Origin: Eledone cirrhosa
Lineage: Eukaryota
Assembly: GCA_964016885.1 (NCBI GenBank)
Contig: OZ024742.1
Span: 23,374,001-23,438,000 of the forward strand
DNA: 64,000 nt
Direction of reading: 5' to 3'
Part shown: in pieces, positions 13,255-30,139 of the stretch
Layout: each line of letters opens with the position of its first letter
How positions within the stretch are numbered: position 1 is the first letter of the stretch
Program-made: the position numbers and the translations under genes
The notes under the pieces: generated by a model
Seen by the model: the letters and a program-made list of their open reading frames with translations, nothing else
Databases searched by the model: none
Told to the model about the DNA's origin: nothing

Positions 13255-15940
13255 ACTTAACTATCCTTCGAGACCAGTTCTTCGATGCGAAACATGAAGG
13301 CTGCGTGGTCAGAAGCAAAACACGTGCTCTAGGAAACAAAGGAGCGAAAGCTGTCAGCTGGGGCCAAGTGGCGGAGGCAAAAAGTGGCAACAAGTCCACG
13401 ATTCGGTCTTTGAAAGACGAAAACAGACGCGTGCTACTTGACCCCAAGCAAATGTGCGCGGCCTTTCAGCGGCACTTTGCGCGACTGTTTGAGCAGAACG
13501 ACGGTGAGCCGAACGTGGCAATGGACTTTAGTTCATACCGCGACGGCCTGCCGCGTCTCTCGAACACGGACGCCGAGTTCTGCGAAAGACCGATCACGGA
13601 CACTGAGATACGGGACGCTCTGGGCCGCTGCGGGAAACGCAAGTCACCCGGTCTAGATGGTCTACCATACGAATTTTACATAGACATTCCGGACTTGTTC
13701 TCTGGCGTCCTCGAAGCCGTCTACTGCAATTGGCAGCAGAACGGAAGAATTCCTAGTTCTGCAGGCAAAGGCGTAGTAACACTGATCAGGAAAGACGAGA
13801 ACAAGGGGAACGAAATTAGCAACTTCAGGCCCATAACAGAGTTAAAGATTTTGGCCAAGGTGCTAGCGACGTGGTTGGCGCTTGTCGCCGAGCACCTGGT
13901 AGGGAAAGTGCAAACGTGTGCAATCCCGACCAGGTCCATACACGACAACCTCCACCTAATGCGATACATCATAGAGAGGGTGGGTAGTAAACCCGGCTCT
14001 GCTGGGGCTCTGATCAACTTGGATCAGTCTAAGGCATTAGATAGGGTCGACCATCGATACTTGGAAGCGGTTCTCAAGGCGGCCGGTTTCGGTCCCGTGT
14101 TCAGAGGATGGATCGAGGCGATGCACACCAGCATCTGCTCGAGGGTCAAGGTGAACGGCTACCTATCGGAGCCGTTCGCAATCACGCGTTTCCACTCGAC
14201 AGGGGTGCCCTCTCTCCTCCATTCTGTATGTATTTACTCTAGAGCCACTACTGCGGAAATTGGAGCTGTTGCAGGGCATCCCTCTAGAACTGGAACTGCG
14301 CAAAGCGGCGTCGGCTTATGGCGACGACGTGACGGTAATGCTGTCGAGCACCTCGGAAATCGGGGTGATCGACAACTTACTGAAAAAATAAGAAACGCTG
14401 ACGGGAGCAAAACTAAACCCGGACAAGTCTGTCGGTTTGCAACTCGGTACGTGGAGAGGCAAACCGATGACGTCCGACAGCGTCGTTGGACTCTGGACGG
14501 ACGGACCGGTGAAATTGCTCGGGGTCTGGTTCTGTCCAGACCTCCAGGTAGAGAAAAACTGGAACGAGGTCACGGCCAAGGTGTTTGCACTCACCCAGAA
14601 GTGGGCAGAGTGCAAACTGTCCTTGAAAGGTCGAGCGGAGGTGGCGAACACTTTCATAGCGTCCGTCATCTACTACCGCTTGACTGTCGTGGCTTGTCCC
14701 CGTGAACACATCGCCAAGATGGAACGCATGCTCTTCCAGTTTCTGTGGAAGAAGCAGGCTCCGCTGGTGAGGAGATCCGTCTGCTGTCAGCACCCTTCCA
14801 ACGGAGGGCTGGGAATGCCGTGGCTGATGATGCGCAAACATGCGCTTAGGCTGCGGCATCTCCAGGTATCCCTCACCGACCCCCAACCGGTGTGGGCACC
14901 GTTTTTGAGACAGGCTTTCCCACAGCTGTCTCGCTGACGGATCTGCAGTCCTAGGTGAAGAACAGACCGAAAACGATGGGTGCCTGGCACATTGAATGCG
15001 CTCAGGCGCTCACAGTCCTCTGGCAAGCGGGCGCAGCAATCAGTGGAGACTCCACTTCGACATTATATAGAGGGATTGTACGTTACAAGGGCGACGACGT
15101 GCTCGAAGAGACTCTGGGCGTCGAAGACGATGAGCTCACCAGTCTGTTTGGTAGGACATTCCGCCCGGGACATATGGACAACTTCCAGAGGTCCCTGGTC
15201 TGGCAGTGCTACCGAGGAGCTCTACCGATTCGTGACAAGATTTACAGGCACGGACGCCCCGGCAGGGATCCTTCCAAGAGGACGTGTCCAAGATGCGCGC
15301 AGGACATTGAAACAGTCCTGCACGTTATTGTACACTGCCCGGGCGTAACCGACCTGTAGAACTATGCAGAACAACTTCTGTCGCGTATGGGACAAATCCA
15401 GTTGACTGCCGAGTTCATAGTAAGGATCAAACCGCCAGCCTCTTTCAAAAACGAAAGAGAGTCGGTTTTCCTCTGTACGGTGGCTATGGTGAAAGAAGTT
15501 ATATGGTGGACGAGGTTGAGAGGACTGAGGACAGATACCTTTCTCTCCGGACAACTATTGATTCACTTCTTTAAGTATCACTTTAGAAGGAGAATAAGGG
15601 TGGAGAGAGAGGCACTGCACCCCCAGTAAATTTACTGAAAGGTGGGTGAATGAAGCGAAAATGACCCGAGTGATTGGGCCTTCTCTGTTTATAAGCCTGT
15701 AGGTTGAGGAAGAGAGCAAAAGGAAGAAAGGAGCACTTGCACAACACGCTCCTGGAGTTGAGAGTTGTTCTATCGACGGGGTATTAAAAATCCATTTGTG
15801 CCCCCCCCCCCCCCGCCTTATTGGGGATTCCGATTGTTGTAATTGTTTGTTTTTATATTTTTTACACGACTGTATGTAAAATCCCCGGCATGTCTTTGTA
15901 TTGTCACCTTTTCTTGTGCGCCCTTGTGGCTAATAAAGAA
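13255..15940 (+). mobile_element. 5'-truncated, decayed non-LTR retrotransposon of the L1/Tx1 type (ORF2: RT plus CCHC knuckle, 3' UTR)
   Basis: Translations show KSPGLDGLPYEFY, NFRPI, LINLDQSKALDRVDHRYL, a frameshifted RQGCPLSP (~14198), AYGDDV (~14315), GGLG and CPRCAQDIETVLHVIVHC (~15285-15338). Several stops and frameshifts are present. The element ends AATAAAGAA followed by (TA)n. Confidence 0.93.
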
Positions 15941-16016
15941 ATATATATATATATATATATATATTTATATGTGTGTGTGTGTGTATTTATTTATTTATAT
16001 GCGTATGTATGTGGGC

Positions 16017-16123
<107 letters not shown>

Positions 16124-17387
16124 TAATTTCAAATATTGAAAAGCGAAGTACACTTTCTTACCGACATAATTTGATCACGGAATAGTAAAAGATTTATGTG
16201 GTTGTACTCTCATGAAAAGAAAAGTAAGAATTAGTTTCTTTATCAAATATTAATGTATCGTATCTTGGACACGTTAGAGAAGAAGACCACTCACCCCTCG
16301 GGTAAAATATAAATTTGAAAAAATAAAACAAAATAGAAATGAACTTACGAATTTTATTAATACACCGGATTATATGATAGTACCAAGAACGCTATGAATA
16401 GTAGAAAACTTTCCTAGTAGACATTTTAATGGTGTTCAGTCAATTTTAGTGACTGTAGCATATGAATTTGTTATATACTGTACTATCATTATCCCAAATG
16501 ATTACTTAAACCATTATTTCCACCCGAGTCAACATTTTCTTTCTATACACCAACATTATCTACTTAGTCAAAACACCGCCATTTTTGTCAATCATGTATC
16601 TGTTATTTTGTTTGTTTTGTTTTGTTTTATGTTGTTTGTTTGTATTTTTTTTTACATAATCTCCTCTTCTGTCCATCTTTTATTATTACTATTTTAGTTT
16701 ATATTATTGCATTAACCTATATCATTAAAATGTTTTATTTTACTTCATTCTATACAAATATTTTTTTTCGATATATTTACTTTACTGAATGTGAATAGAT
16801 TTTTAACTTTGGTTTTCTGCGAGATTTGCATCAATGTTCTCTTTAACTATTTCAGATTCTCTGAAATTATATTTTCTTATATTTTGCGTGACAGTCACTG
16901 GTTGAATGACTTTATTCTACTCAGCAAATGTAATGATCAGAAACCATACGGTTAGTGTTTGATTTTATGTCATTACATTATAGGCGTGTGCGGGTAAGAA
17001 CTATATTAGAAAATCTATAGAAATGATTTGAAGAGAAATGCTAGCAAAAATAAGTAATGTTTCTTTACAATATATTATTTTCCGTTTCAGTTGTTGATTT
17101 GGGGTTATTTTGTGAGAGAAGCAACGTTGATGAAATTGGTGAAGCGGAGGTGTAGTCGGACAACCGATTGATTTGCCTCTCAACAATAAAGCAGTTGAAC
17201 AGCTATTGTCATTCTATGATGTGTATTCATCCATCTCTCTACTACACTTTTTGTCTGCCTCCTGTCTGTATGATTCTTTTACTCAAACAATAATCTTTCT
17301 CATCGTCTCTCTATCTATTTATCATCTATCTATATACCTATCTATCTCTATTTCTCTATCACTGTCTCTCTCTATATATATATTAGC

Positions 17388-17531
<144 letters not shown>

Positions 17532-18884
17532 ATGTGTGTGTGTGTGTGTTTGTCTGCATATATATATAATATGCAAAGAAAGAGTGGGAGAGAGATGAAC
17601 AAGCATCGAGATAGATAAGTAAATATATATATATTTATTTTATTAAATGAAGTTTAAATAAATAAAAAAACAATTATTGTCATAAAACATATACACAGCA
17701 TTATATTTATCTACATTTTATGCCATATTAAAATACCCTCTGACCAAACATGTCTAGAGGATCACGTAGATGCTTTGATTTGGAACATAAAAGACCATTT
17801 CTGCAATTAGAATCGGCAAAGTTTGATTTATTAACTGACTATATTTTCTTTTTTTTCTTTTCATTTATTATTCCATCAAAATATAAGTTCTATCAGACAT
17901 TACGTGACACTAGCAAAGGTTAGCAAACAATCTCAATATATTATAATTTAACACATATGACTTGTTTCTCAGATTCTCCGCCATAATACATTTGTTTCCA
18001 TTGTACCTCAAGCTATTTATCAGTCTTAGATAAGGGCAGGTTCTATAACCTGTCACTATCGATTATGTCTATGCATATAAGCCATACTATTAACACTTAA
18101 TGACCCAGATTAATTGGTTGATAGCAGGGGACATAATTACATACAGTGCACAGTTAGAGAAAGCAAATGAGTTGTAAACCTGACAAATGTGTTAGTTGGC
18201 AATTCTGACATTTTTGCTTTCGCTTGTTTGCTTGGAATAAAGGCGATTACGATGGTTTACTTTACATACACTACATGAAAAATACATCGGTTAGTGCTCA
18301 TTCCAACAGCACTTATTAGCGTCATTGTGCCATTGTAACAGGTTAAATTTATTTGAGTTAGCCTACCTAGCAAGAAAGATGTCTAAAATGTTTAAGAATA
18401 TGCACCCAAGCCTTATCATGTCACTATTATACCTGTAAAAGAACGAAAACAGCGAAGCTTTCGAACCGTAACACATACCACAGACACATGATACTATAAC
18501 AAATCTACTAATATACTGTTCTTAGCTGTCGCTTTATTTTCCAACTTCTTAAGAATAGAAAATAAAATTAATTTTTGGAAGATTTAAAAGTTCAACATGG
18601 CATTTATTCCGACGTTCAAAACATTTGCCATTGATGTACATGAACGATTCCATTAACACGACCCTGAATCGTTGTTTTGCTCAACTTTAAATTCATCTTT
18701 TAATAGATATATTTGCTTGATCAAGCATATATTGATATTACACTAATACAAAGCAACTCTCTTACACTATTACAGCAACTCTAATATGATTTAAAATATA
18801 ATTCAGCAAGTGGAGTCTGGTGAGTTCAGTGCGTTTTTCTTTCAGTGACAATAGTGACACACACTCACACACCGACACACACCG

Positions 18885-18934
<50 letters not shown>

Positions 18935-19021
18935 GAGCACACACACGAGCACACACACACACACACACACATACACACACACATATTCACAGGCACATAT
19001 ATATATATATATATATATATG

Positions 19022-19224
19022 GGAAAAAAGTCAGGACCCCGACGGCTGAGCTCAGGCCGTTTCGACAGCTAGATCTGAACCCGTTAAGATCTGGCTGTCG
19101 AAATGGCCGGAGCTCAGCCGTCGGTGTCCTGACTCTTTTCCTATTACCCACTCTACTACCCTAAGTATCGAGTACACTCGTGCGTTGTGGTCCACCTGCT
19201 TCCTTACCACTCTGCCTTCGTTAT
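19022..19224 (+). mobile_element. short fold-back element carrying the 3' half of an HHR
   Basis: Arms at 19022-19076 and 19087-19141 plus a tail. Same family as 63015-63204 (-) and the tail at 4345-4407. Confidence 0.8.
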
Positions 19225-19246
19225 AAATATATACATATGTATAATA

Positions 19247-19645
19247 TGTGCTTTCATCACTGAATCTTTATTGGTATTTGAACGATTATATTACTTCTGT
19301 TCTTTGCCCACGTATTCATTGGAGGGTCGTAGGGGGTAGAAATATCAGCATGCCTTCCAGCAGTTCCTATCAAAAGCAATTGTCCGAAATTGATCCCGCT
19401 AGATCCCCAAGCAAGACTAGCTGAGCTCATGGATGCTATCCATCCATCTTCCTCGCTGTTGACCCATCGGTCCTCTGCCGGTTGCTTTTGCTCGTAACTT
19501 ATTTCCCGTGATTCTTTCCTTAGACATTCTAAACACATTCATATAGTATTGCAAGTTGAAGAGAGATAGGAGGAAGGAACGGGTGAATATATTATGGAAA
19601 AAGCGGAGGGAACACACGTGCCTATTTCGTTGGCCATTTTCTACA
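19247..19645 (-). mobile_element. possible solo LTR
   Basis: A ~400-bp non-coding island bounded by TGT...ACA, with AATAAA near the minus-strand end, in TA context. No internal domain supports the call. Confidence 0.35.
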
Positions 19646-19672
19646 TATATACATATGTAGATGGGTAGATAT

Positions 19673-19708
<36 letters not shown>

Positions 19709-19719
19709 GTAGAGATACA

Positions 19720-20080
19720 TTTTTTTATTAGCCACAAGGACACAAAAGAAGGGGACAAATACAAATGGGGAGTTTACATACAGGTATATGAAAATAAAAC
19801 TATTAATAAAATAACAAATAACAATTGAAATCCCCAATAGGGGGAGGTGTTACACAGGGGTTGTACACACCCCGAAAGAATGTACAACCCTCATCTCCAG
19901 GAGCACCTCTTTTTCCTCAACCTACAGACTTATATAGAGAGAAGGCCCAACCACTCGGGCCATCTTTGCCACATTCACCTACCTTTCATTAAATTTGCTG
20001 GGGTAAAGCACCTCTCTCTCCATCCTCATTCTTCTTCCAAAATGATATTTGTGAAAACGAATGATTTGTTCGCCGGAGAG
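19720..20080 (-). mobile_element. 3' fragment of a related L1/Tx1 LINE copy
   Basis: The reverse complement aligns by eye to 15540-15940 (ctctccgg...ggagagagagg...gggccttctct...cttgtggctaataaa). It is flanked on both sides by (GATA)n. Confidence 0.85.
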
Positions 20081-20092
20081 ATAGATAGGTGG

Positions 20093-20161
<69 letters not shown>

Positions 20162-21199
20162 TTGGTTATTGGTAATTTAGACATTGTATCACTTAAATGC
20201 AATATATGAACTAGTGTTTGACTTAAAACAGAAACCAAACTCCAGTACTTCTGTAGATGTAATAAATATTATATATGCATCTAGTTAGGTTTGATTGTTA
20301 ATGCTTTTGAATTTTACAATACGGAATCGCAATAAAAACTAGGCATTGCACTGCCTGCTCGATAACATTGTAATTATGAAGTAGAACGTTAACGTTTGAC
20401 TACTGAGTTATACTTTCTATAGACAGCTATTATTTTTAGTTGTTAGATGTCGAAAACAATATCATAGGTACGAATCCACTTAAGAAAAAAAAAAGCCCGT
20501 TCCATATGATAAATGATAGTCACAACGAAGTGTATCCACGTTCTGTTTTAAAAAATAGTATAATTATTCAGCAAATATATTTTTTTAAGTTAGCTACAAT
20601 TCACATTCACAAGTGTAATTAAGCTCCGGAATATTTTACATCTAATGACCAAAGACGTATTCTCTTTTTCATAATGGGCAATTAATTATAAGCAATTGAT
20701 AATTATGACATCATTGTAAACAATAAATTCTCTTTAAAATGTTCGGTGCAATTAATATATATTGGCGTATCTATTCGTGTTTGATCTTTTCATTTTATCT
20801 TCCATCTGACTGACTATAAAAACGCATCAACTCAGTAATAAAGTATAATAACAAATTAAACTGGTTAACTGTCCATCCTTCTCGATCAGACATCTTTTCT
20901 TGATTGCTCTATAAATTGTTTATGGAAAAATATATCTTATCCGTGATCATGCGTCATTCTTGAGTGCTGTCTCCTTGTCTCATCGTTTACCATCTTTGAG
21001 AAAAATAAAATTGAATGTTATGTTACCTTTATAGATTGTTAAGGTGTATATGTTTCTCAACAAGTATTAGAGAGATCCATGGGTCGTTGTTTGCTTGCTA
21101 TCATCAATCCGTTCATTTGTTCGTGGTGCAGAGAGTTACCCTTTACTGTTTAGATTCAGCTAACGTTAAATATTGAGATCGTGGATAGCGCTAGATTAG

Positions 21200-21505
<306 letters not shown>

Positions 21506-21656
21506 TAAGAAATGGAAACTATATTTATAAAACCATAATTATTTTATTATATATATTTCAAGGGCAACCAAGGCAAATTTAGGTGCGCTTTCATCAGATA
21601 AAATACAAAATTTGTATTATAAATGTTGACATACCCTATATATGTATTAAAATTCA

Positions 21657-21840
21657 GTGCTCCTGTGGGAGCCCCTGCATGGCCACACTAGAAGAAGGAG
21701 ACCGAGGTTGACATATGTTGATGCCCTAAGGACAGACGTTGGTCTCTTGGAGACGCAGGACATCACAGCGATAATGAGGGACAGCGACCGCTGGAGAGAA
21801 CTCGTCCATGGATCTCGGGAATTTTATCCGCCCAAGATAG
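21657..21840 (+). mobile_element. RTE-like LINE 3' end
   Basis: LLWEPLHGHTRRRRPRLTYVDALRTDVGL...MRDSDRWRELV matches the typical RTE/RTEX C-terminus (LLW.P..G.R.RGRP..TY.D.L..D......DR..WR). Confidence 0.75.
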
Positions 21841-22015
21841 ATATATATATAAGCAAGTGAATAAATGAAGGACATAACTAGCCGTTATAACAAGTTCTTT
21901 AATAGATTATACATACATATATATATATGTATGTATGTATGTATGTATATGCATATGTACATGAATACATATATATACGAAAATACATGCATACACACAC
22001 ACAAATATATATATA

Positions 22016-22070
<55 letters not shown>

Positions 22071-22319
22071 ATGTGTATATATATATATATGTATGCATGT
22101 ATGTAGGTATGATGTATGTATCATGTATATATGTATCATATATGTATGTATGTAACAGTCAGTTGTTGAAAGACGGTGCATTATTTTCTGTCTGCCTGAA
22201 TACCTTATGTAAGGTTATTATGCAGCTTATTGTGAAGTTCTTATGTAATCTAGTGTCAGTGTCGGAAAATCCATGGATTGTTTTCCGTTTCTCCAAGTTT
22301 CTATTGTTTTGTTTTCACT

Positions 22320-23310
<991 letters not shown>

Positions 23311-23734
23311 TTACTTGCATTACGTAAATAACATGGATATTGATTAAATGAATGGATAGCATGGACTGAATAATTGAAATAGAATTATTGTGTTTGGTAT
23401 TCCTGTTTTTTAATATAGATTAAAATTTAACAAGTATCTTACTTAAAACTGAACATTTCAACAGAACAGATTCTATATATTCTCATATAACTCTTGGTCA
23501 AAATTAAATAGCAGCTATTCTGTTTATTTCTTTGCTCCTATTTATAGGAGATAAATGTCGGAACTTTCCAGGAATAGGTGAAAGCCTGCCGCCATGACAG
23601 GTGGAACATCAGACGTGGCTTGCTGTACAGTCATAAAAAACGACATGGAGGTATCTAAATTGCTATGGTTGATGGGAATTGAACGGTGGTGACAATAGTA
23701 CGTGTGTCAGACATAGATTGAGGTCTGATTAATA

Positions 23735-24510
23735 TTGGTTGTATCTCCTGGATGACTTGTAAGACTTAAACATCCAGTGAAATCAGGATACAACACTGAT
23801 GATGTATCCTGTATTTGGGTCACCTGGATGGGTGACTATACTGTAAGACCTGAAACATCCAGGGAAATCAGGGTACAACACTAATAATGTATCCTGTAGT
23901 TGGGTCACCTGGATGAGGGTGACTATACTGTAAGAGCTCAAACATCCAGGGACATTAGGATACAACACTAATAATGTATCCTGTAGTTGGGTCACCTGGA
24001 TGAGTGTGACTATACTGTAAGACCTCATATATCCAGGGACATTAGGATACAACACTAATAATGTATTCTGTAGTGGGTTCACCTGGATGAGGGTGACTAT
24101 ACTGTAAGACCTGAAAGATCCAGGGAAATCAGAATACAACACTAATAATGTATCCTGTAGTTGGGTCACCTGGATGATGGTGACTATACTGTAAGACCTG
24201 AAAGATCCAGGGAAATCAGGATACAACACTAATAATGTATCCTTTAGTGGGTTCACCTGGATGAGGGTGACTATGTTGTTAGACCTGAAACATCCAGTCA
24301 CTCCATGACACAACACTGATCATATGTTCTCTACTTGAGTCATTTTGATGATGGTGACTATGTTGGAGGAATCTCTGGAACACCCTGTGACTCCAGGACA
24401 CAATACTGGAGATGTATGAGGTGGTTGGGTCACCTGGACGAGGGTGATTATACTATAAGACACGATACTATTAGTCACACCAGGACACAATACTGATGAT
24501 GTATCCAATG
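23735..24510. repeat. 87-bp minisatellite, about 9 copies
   Basis: cacctgga recurs at 23821, 23906, 23993, 24080, 24167 and 24254, with decayed units at both ends. A minus-strand ORF of 29-aa repeats runs through it. Confidence 0.92.
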
Positions 24511-25338
24511 TTATACACCCATGTATATGTGCAAAAATATACGAGGCAATTATATTGGGGTTGATTCATTTAGAAATTACCCCTTCCCTCCTCACCGATA
24601 ATGTTATATTCACTTTCGTTAAATTTAATGGCGACAACAATTTTCGTCTTCACCCTGGTCCTTGAAGGTATTAAATTATAATGTTGACACCACGACATAA
24701 ATTAACTGTGAACACACTATATTTTTTTAATTATCTTAATTCCAACACACAGTCGCAAACTATGCCAGTTGTCTACAATAAAAATCCTATATTTATTCTG
24801 TCATTTCTGCTAGCTGCAACTATTTACTTCTTAACTAGGAACTAACAATTCAAGAAAAATAATAGAAAATATTAAAATCTCAATAAATATATATATTCAC
24901 ATAGTATGAATGAGTTTTGCCCCGCAAACGTTTTAGCTTCGGTAAGTAAGGCCTGGCGTAGAGTTAAATCACAGATAATGTATAAATGTTCCTTAATATC
25001 CATTAGCTAGAAGCATATATATTGCCGGTTTTTGTTATCTTTCCAATGTCTGAGCATCCAGTATGGAATATACAAGATATATCTTTGAAATCAAGGGAAT
25101 GCTTACACTAAATATCTTAGTGATTTATCAAAGATTCTGTATTCGAAGAATGGTAAAGTTATTTACGATTAAATCTGGGGAATCTGAAATAAACAGGATG
25201 AGACATTCCGGATACCCATCTTTAGGTTCCTCTGTATGTAGCTATTATTTTATACACATACATACGTAGACAGCTGCACACACATACGCAAACACATACA
25301 CACACACACACACAGAGGGACCCACAAACATACACACG

Positions 25339-25410
<72 letters not shown>

Positions 25411-25976
25411 ACATAAATATTCATATATATGTACATACATACATATATATATATATATGTATATATATATGTAACATATGTACATACATACATATATATA
25501 TATATATATTTATATATATTATATATGTGTATGTATGTATATATGTATTCATTGGCCTATATACTTATATATATACATATACAGCGATATCTATGTATAT
25601 ATATATATAAATGTATAAATGATATGTATGTATTTGGAGACGTGTGTTTATATATTTCTGTACGTATGTGACTGTATGCGTGTTTGTGCGTGTGATACTC
25701 GTCGAAAGAGAACATTTGTTTTCGTTGAGAATTCACACATACTATGTAAATATACGCATTACAATTGTCATGTTTCAAGATGGCTGAAGTAAAATTCAAA
25801 CATGAAAAATTCTCTACCATTCTCACTAACGGAAATAAATAATAAAATTATACATCATACGTACACACATATAACTCCACCATCATAACTGTGTATTTGC
25901 GTAAGTCTGTTAAGCTTCATGTATTTATGCTATATTTATTCATGTATGCATGTGTTTCTATTATTATACATATATA

Positions 25977-26080
<104 letters not shown>

Positions 26081-26205
26081 GAGACATACATATATGTATA
26101 TATATGTAAATATATATATACATATATATATATTATATATATATATATATATATTTATAGAGACATACATATATGCATATATATATGTGTGTGTATGTAT
26201 ATATT

Positions 26206-26313
<108 letters not shown>

Positions 26314-27158
26314 TGTATGTCACTGTATGCGTGTTTGTGCGTGTGATACTGGTCGAAAAAGAAGATGTGTTGTGTGATCTGTAGGTGCGTCGTCGTCAAA
26401 TGCTAACATGTTTACAATCATGTGTGTGCAGATATGAGAGAATGTATGCGACTGTGTGATTTCATGTTGTGTGTGTAAGCATAGCTGTGTACGATGTTCG
26501 TGTGAGCACCGCAGATGATCATTTTATATAAAAGATCTATAAAGTTGTATCCACAAGCCGTTTGTGAAAATGCGAAATCATTAGAGAGTGTTATTTCCAT
26601 GTATCTACAGGAAAATTAACATGAAAATCTATATAAAATCTATGGATACTCAAAGAAAATATTCAAAATATATCTCCCTATGCAACTTTGCAATTTCCCA
26701 TATCATATCAGGAATGTAATCAACACAGAAGGAAAATGTTCTTATTTGATATTCTAAAAACGTGACAAGGCCATTAAGATGTGTAACATGAAGAACAACA
26801 ATATTAACAACGATAACTACGACAGTTTAGCAAAGCAAGCAACATTTATTTCGTAGGTAGTTAAGTATGAGTGTATCGTTTTGATAGTTTAGTGCAGCTG
26901 AGCGTGTTTCCGTAGAGTTCTAATGTTGAAAATCGCTCGTTCATCTGCATAAGACTGTTCATTTCAATGATTTTATTCGAATCTCTATAACATTTCCTAA
27001 TTCTATTTGCTGACTAATAAAAATTGGAAAACAAAAACAGGTCATTATCGAAAGTATTATATACCCCAATAACATTAATATGAGATGAGTCGTGCGTTAC
27101 ATATTATTATGTGGTTTTAAAGCAACGAAATTCTGCTAGGTGGAAATAAGTAATCAGA

Positions 27159-28031
<873 letters not shown>

Positions 28032-28036
28032 AATAC

Positions 28037-28080
<44 letters not shown>

Positions 28081-28106
28081 ACAGGGAGAGAGAGAGTGTG
28101 AGAGAG

Positions 28107-28148
<42 letters not shown>

Positions 28149-28170
28149 AGAGTGTGTGAGTGTGTGTGTA

Positions 28171-28201
<31 letters not shown>

Positions 28202-28203
28202 TC

Positions 28204-28253
<50 letters not shown>

Positions 28254-28581
28254 GAAGTTGGAAATAGCACGGAAAATATATTTTAGGGTCTGTTTTTCTT
28301 TTTTTCCTTTCTTTGATTCGTCTAAGTGACATTATTGAAAAAATGAGAGGGTCGATTCTTTTAAAAAAGAGTTTTATAAAGTATATAAGGTATTACCGGT
28401 TTCGATGTGTTATTAAAATTATTCTTATCAAATTTTGTGTATTACAATTAAAAAGAATTAATAAGAATTAAAAACTAAATATTGAATATTTAAAATTAAG
28501 AGGTAAGTTTTTTTTCATCTCCCTTGCTGAGAAGGAGACTGGAGAATAAACTCTTGTGTATAGAAAGAGGCGATGGTATAT

Positions 28582-28654
<73 letters not shown>

Positions 28655-28658
<4 letters not shown>

Positions 28659-29118
28659 AATGAATATATGATAGGGATAAACACTAATACAAGTATATAA
28701 GTGTTTGTATTGCAAATGACCAAGTTAGCTAGATTGAAAATTACTAATTAAAATAATACAGTTTGCCTGTCTCGATTTAAAATAATAAATCAATAAAAAC
28801 AAACCTATATTGGCAATAGCCGTGATACCTGGACAAATTAAAATTTAAAATTTGAAATTTAAATTTGTCCAGGTATCACGGCTATTGCCAATATAGGTTT
28901 GTTTTTATTGATTTATTATTTTAAATCGAGACAGGCAAACTGTATTATTTTAATTAATATTTTTCAATCTAGCTAACTTGGTCATTTGCAATACAAACAC
29001 TTATATACTTGTATTAGTGTTTATCCCTATCATATATTCATTTGTATTACACGGCTCAGAAATATCCCTTTCTTTGAGCTATTTAATTGTAAAATACTAT
29101 TTGAGTTTATAACTCTCT
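28655..29118 (+). mobile_element. fold-back element, same family as 55443-56765
   Basis: Nearly identical arms at 28655-~28848 and ~28852-29046, tail at 29047-29118. The apex falls within stem III of the family's HHR. Confidence 0.85.
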
Positions 29119-29144
29119 ATATAATATATATATATATATAATAG

Positions 29145-29322
29145 TAACACTACAGTTAGTTCACCATACCGAGAACAATTGTTTCATTTATGCGGATCCA
29201 CATAAGGTTAAACAATTGTTCTCAGTATGGTGAACTAACTGTTGTGTTAATACTTCTACTAAACTCGCCCCGTAGTTTGACTGCTTTACCACTACAGATA
29301 TTACCTTCCAGTGTTCTACCCG
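29145..29322 (+). mobile_element. shorter fold-back copy of the 6696-6940 family
   Basis: Has the same arm and tail sequence. The apex is at GGATCC 29194-29199, inside the HHR core. Confidence 0.85.
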
Positions 29323-29749
29323 TATATTAAGATACTTTTGCTCATACCTTCGTACTTACACATTTCTTCTTAGCTTCGTCCGGACATATAACACACACAT
29401 GCTTACGCACGTGCACAAGTATTGCTCTTATTATAAAACGTTTTTTTTTTCCATTTCAGGTAGACGCGCTCCATCATCCACTTTTCTAAAAAATAAATGA
29501 TACACAAAACGCCAGCACCAACAGTTTTGCAAGAGATGTCAACATGAATAAACCTGTTATTTCTATCTAAATACATTTTTTCCAATTCCAACTCGACCGT
29601 CCCCTCAATCTATTTTATTTCTCATTCTTTCTTCTGACAAAGGACTAGCGTCCGAATGGTTAATACCCTCTTCCTGCTATATCAAGCATTAACCTTATAT
29701 ATCCCTTCCATATAATATACCGATTGTATCGTTATTTCCGTTTACCTTT

Positions 29750-29835
<86 letters not shown>

Positions 29836-30098
29836 TTATTGATTTTTTATCTGAGTGTCCCGAATCTTCCAGATCGCAACTTTTCGATCGTACGGTTGAT
29901 TATAGACTTGTTCTATGTGTGACGGTATTTTAACGATAGTTATAGCTCTGATTTATCTAAATTATGGAGCCCTCTGCCGCTCATATCGAATTTTGTTTAT
30001 CGTGAACTCGTGCGCCGATTTTTCGATACTCGATTATTCTACTATATATATATATAGAAAGTGTTGAAACATCAAATTTTAGTTTAGAACATTTATTA

Positions 30099-30139
30099 GC
30101 TGACAATTGTTTCTTCCAGAAGTCTGGATTCATCGGAGC
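30099..30139 (-). ncRNA. minimal hammerhead motif (CCGAUGA variant) in island ~30057-30400
   Basis: Reverse complement reads GCU-CCGAUGA-A-UCCAG-ACUU-CUGGA-A-GAAA-CAAUUG-UC-AGC, then AATAAA. Confidence 0.7.

Noticed and set aside
13305-14705. 466-aa ORF as an intact reverse transcriptase
   Set aside because: It leaves the RT frame at ~14195. The catalytic motif (YGDD) is in another frame followed by a stop, and the endonuclease is missing.
23735-24510. CRISPR-like array
   Set aside because: The units repeat over their whole length with no unique spacers, the context is eukaryotic, and there are no cas genes.
28390-28435. HHR-like UUGAUAA...GAAA-CCGG-UA on the minus strand
   Set aside because: The core has two changes and stems I and II do not pair convincingly, so at most a relic.
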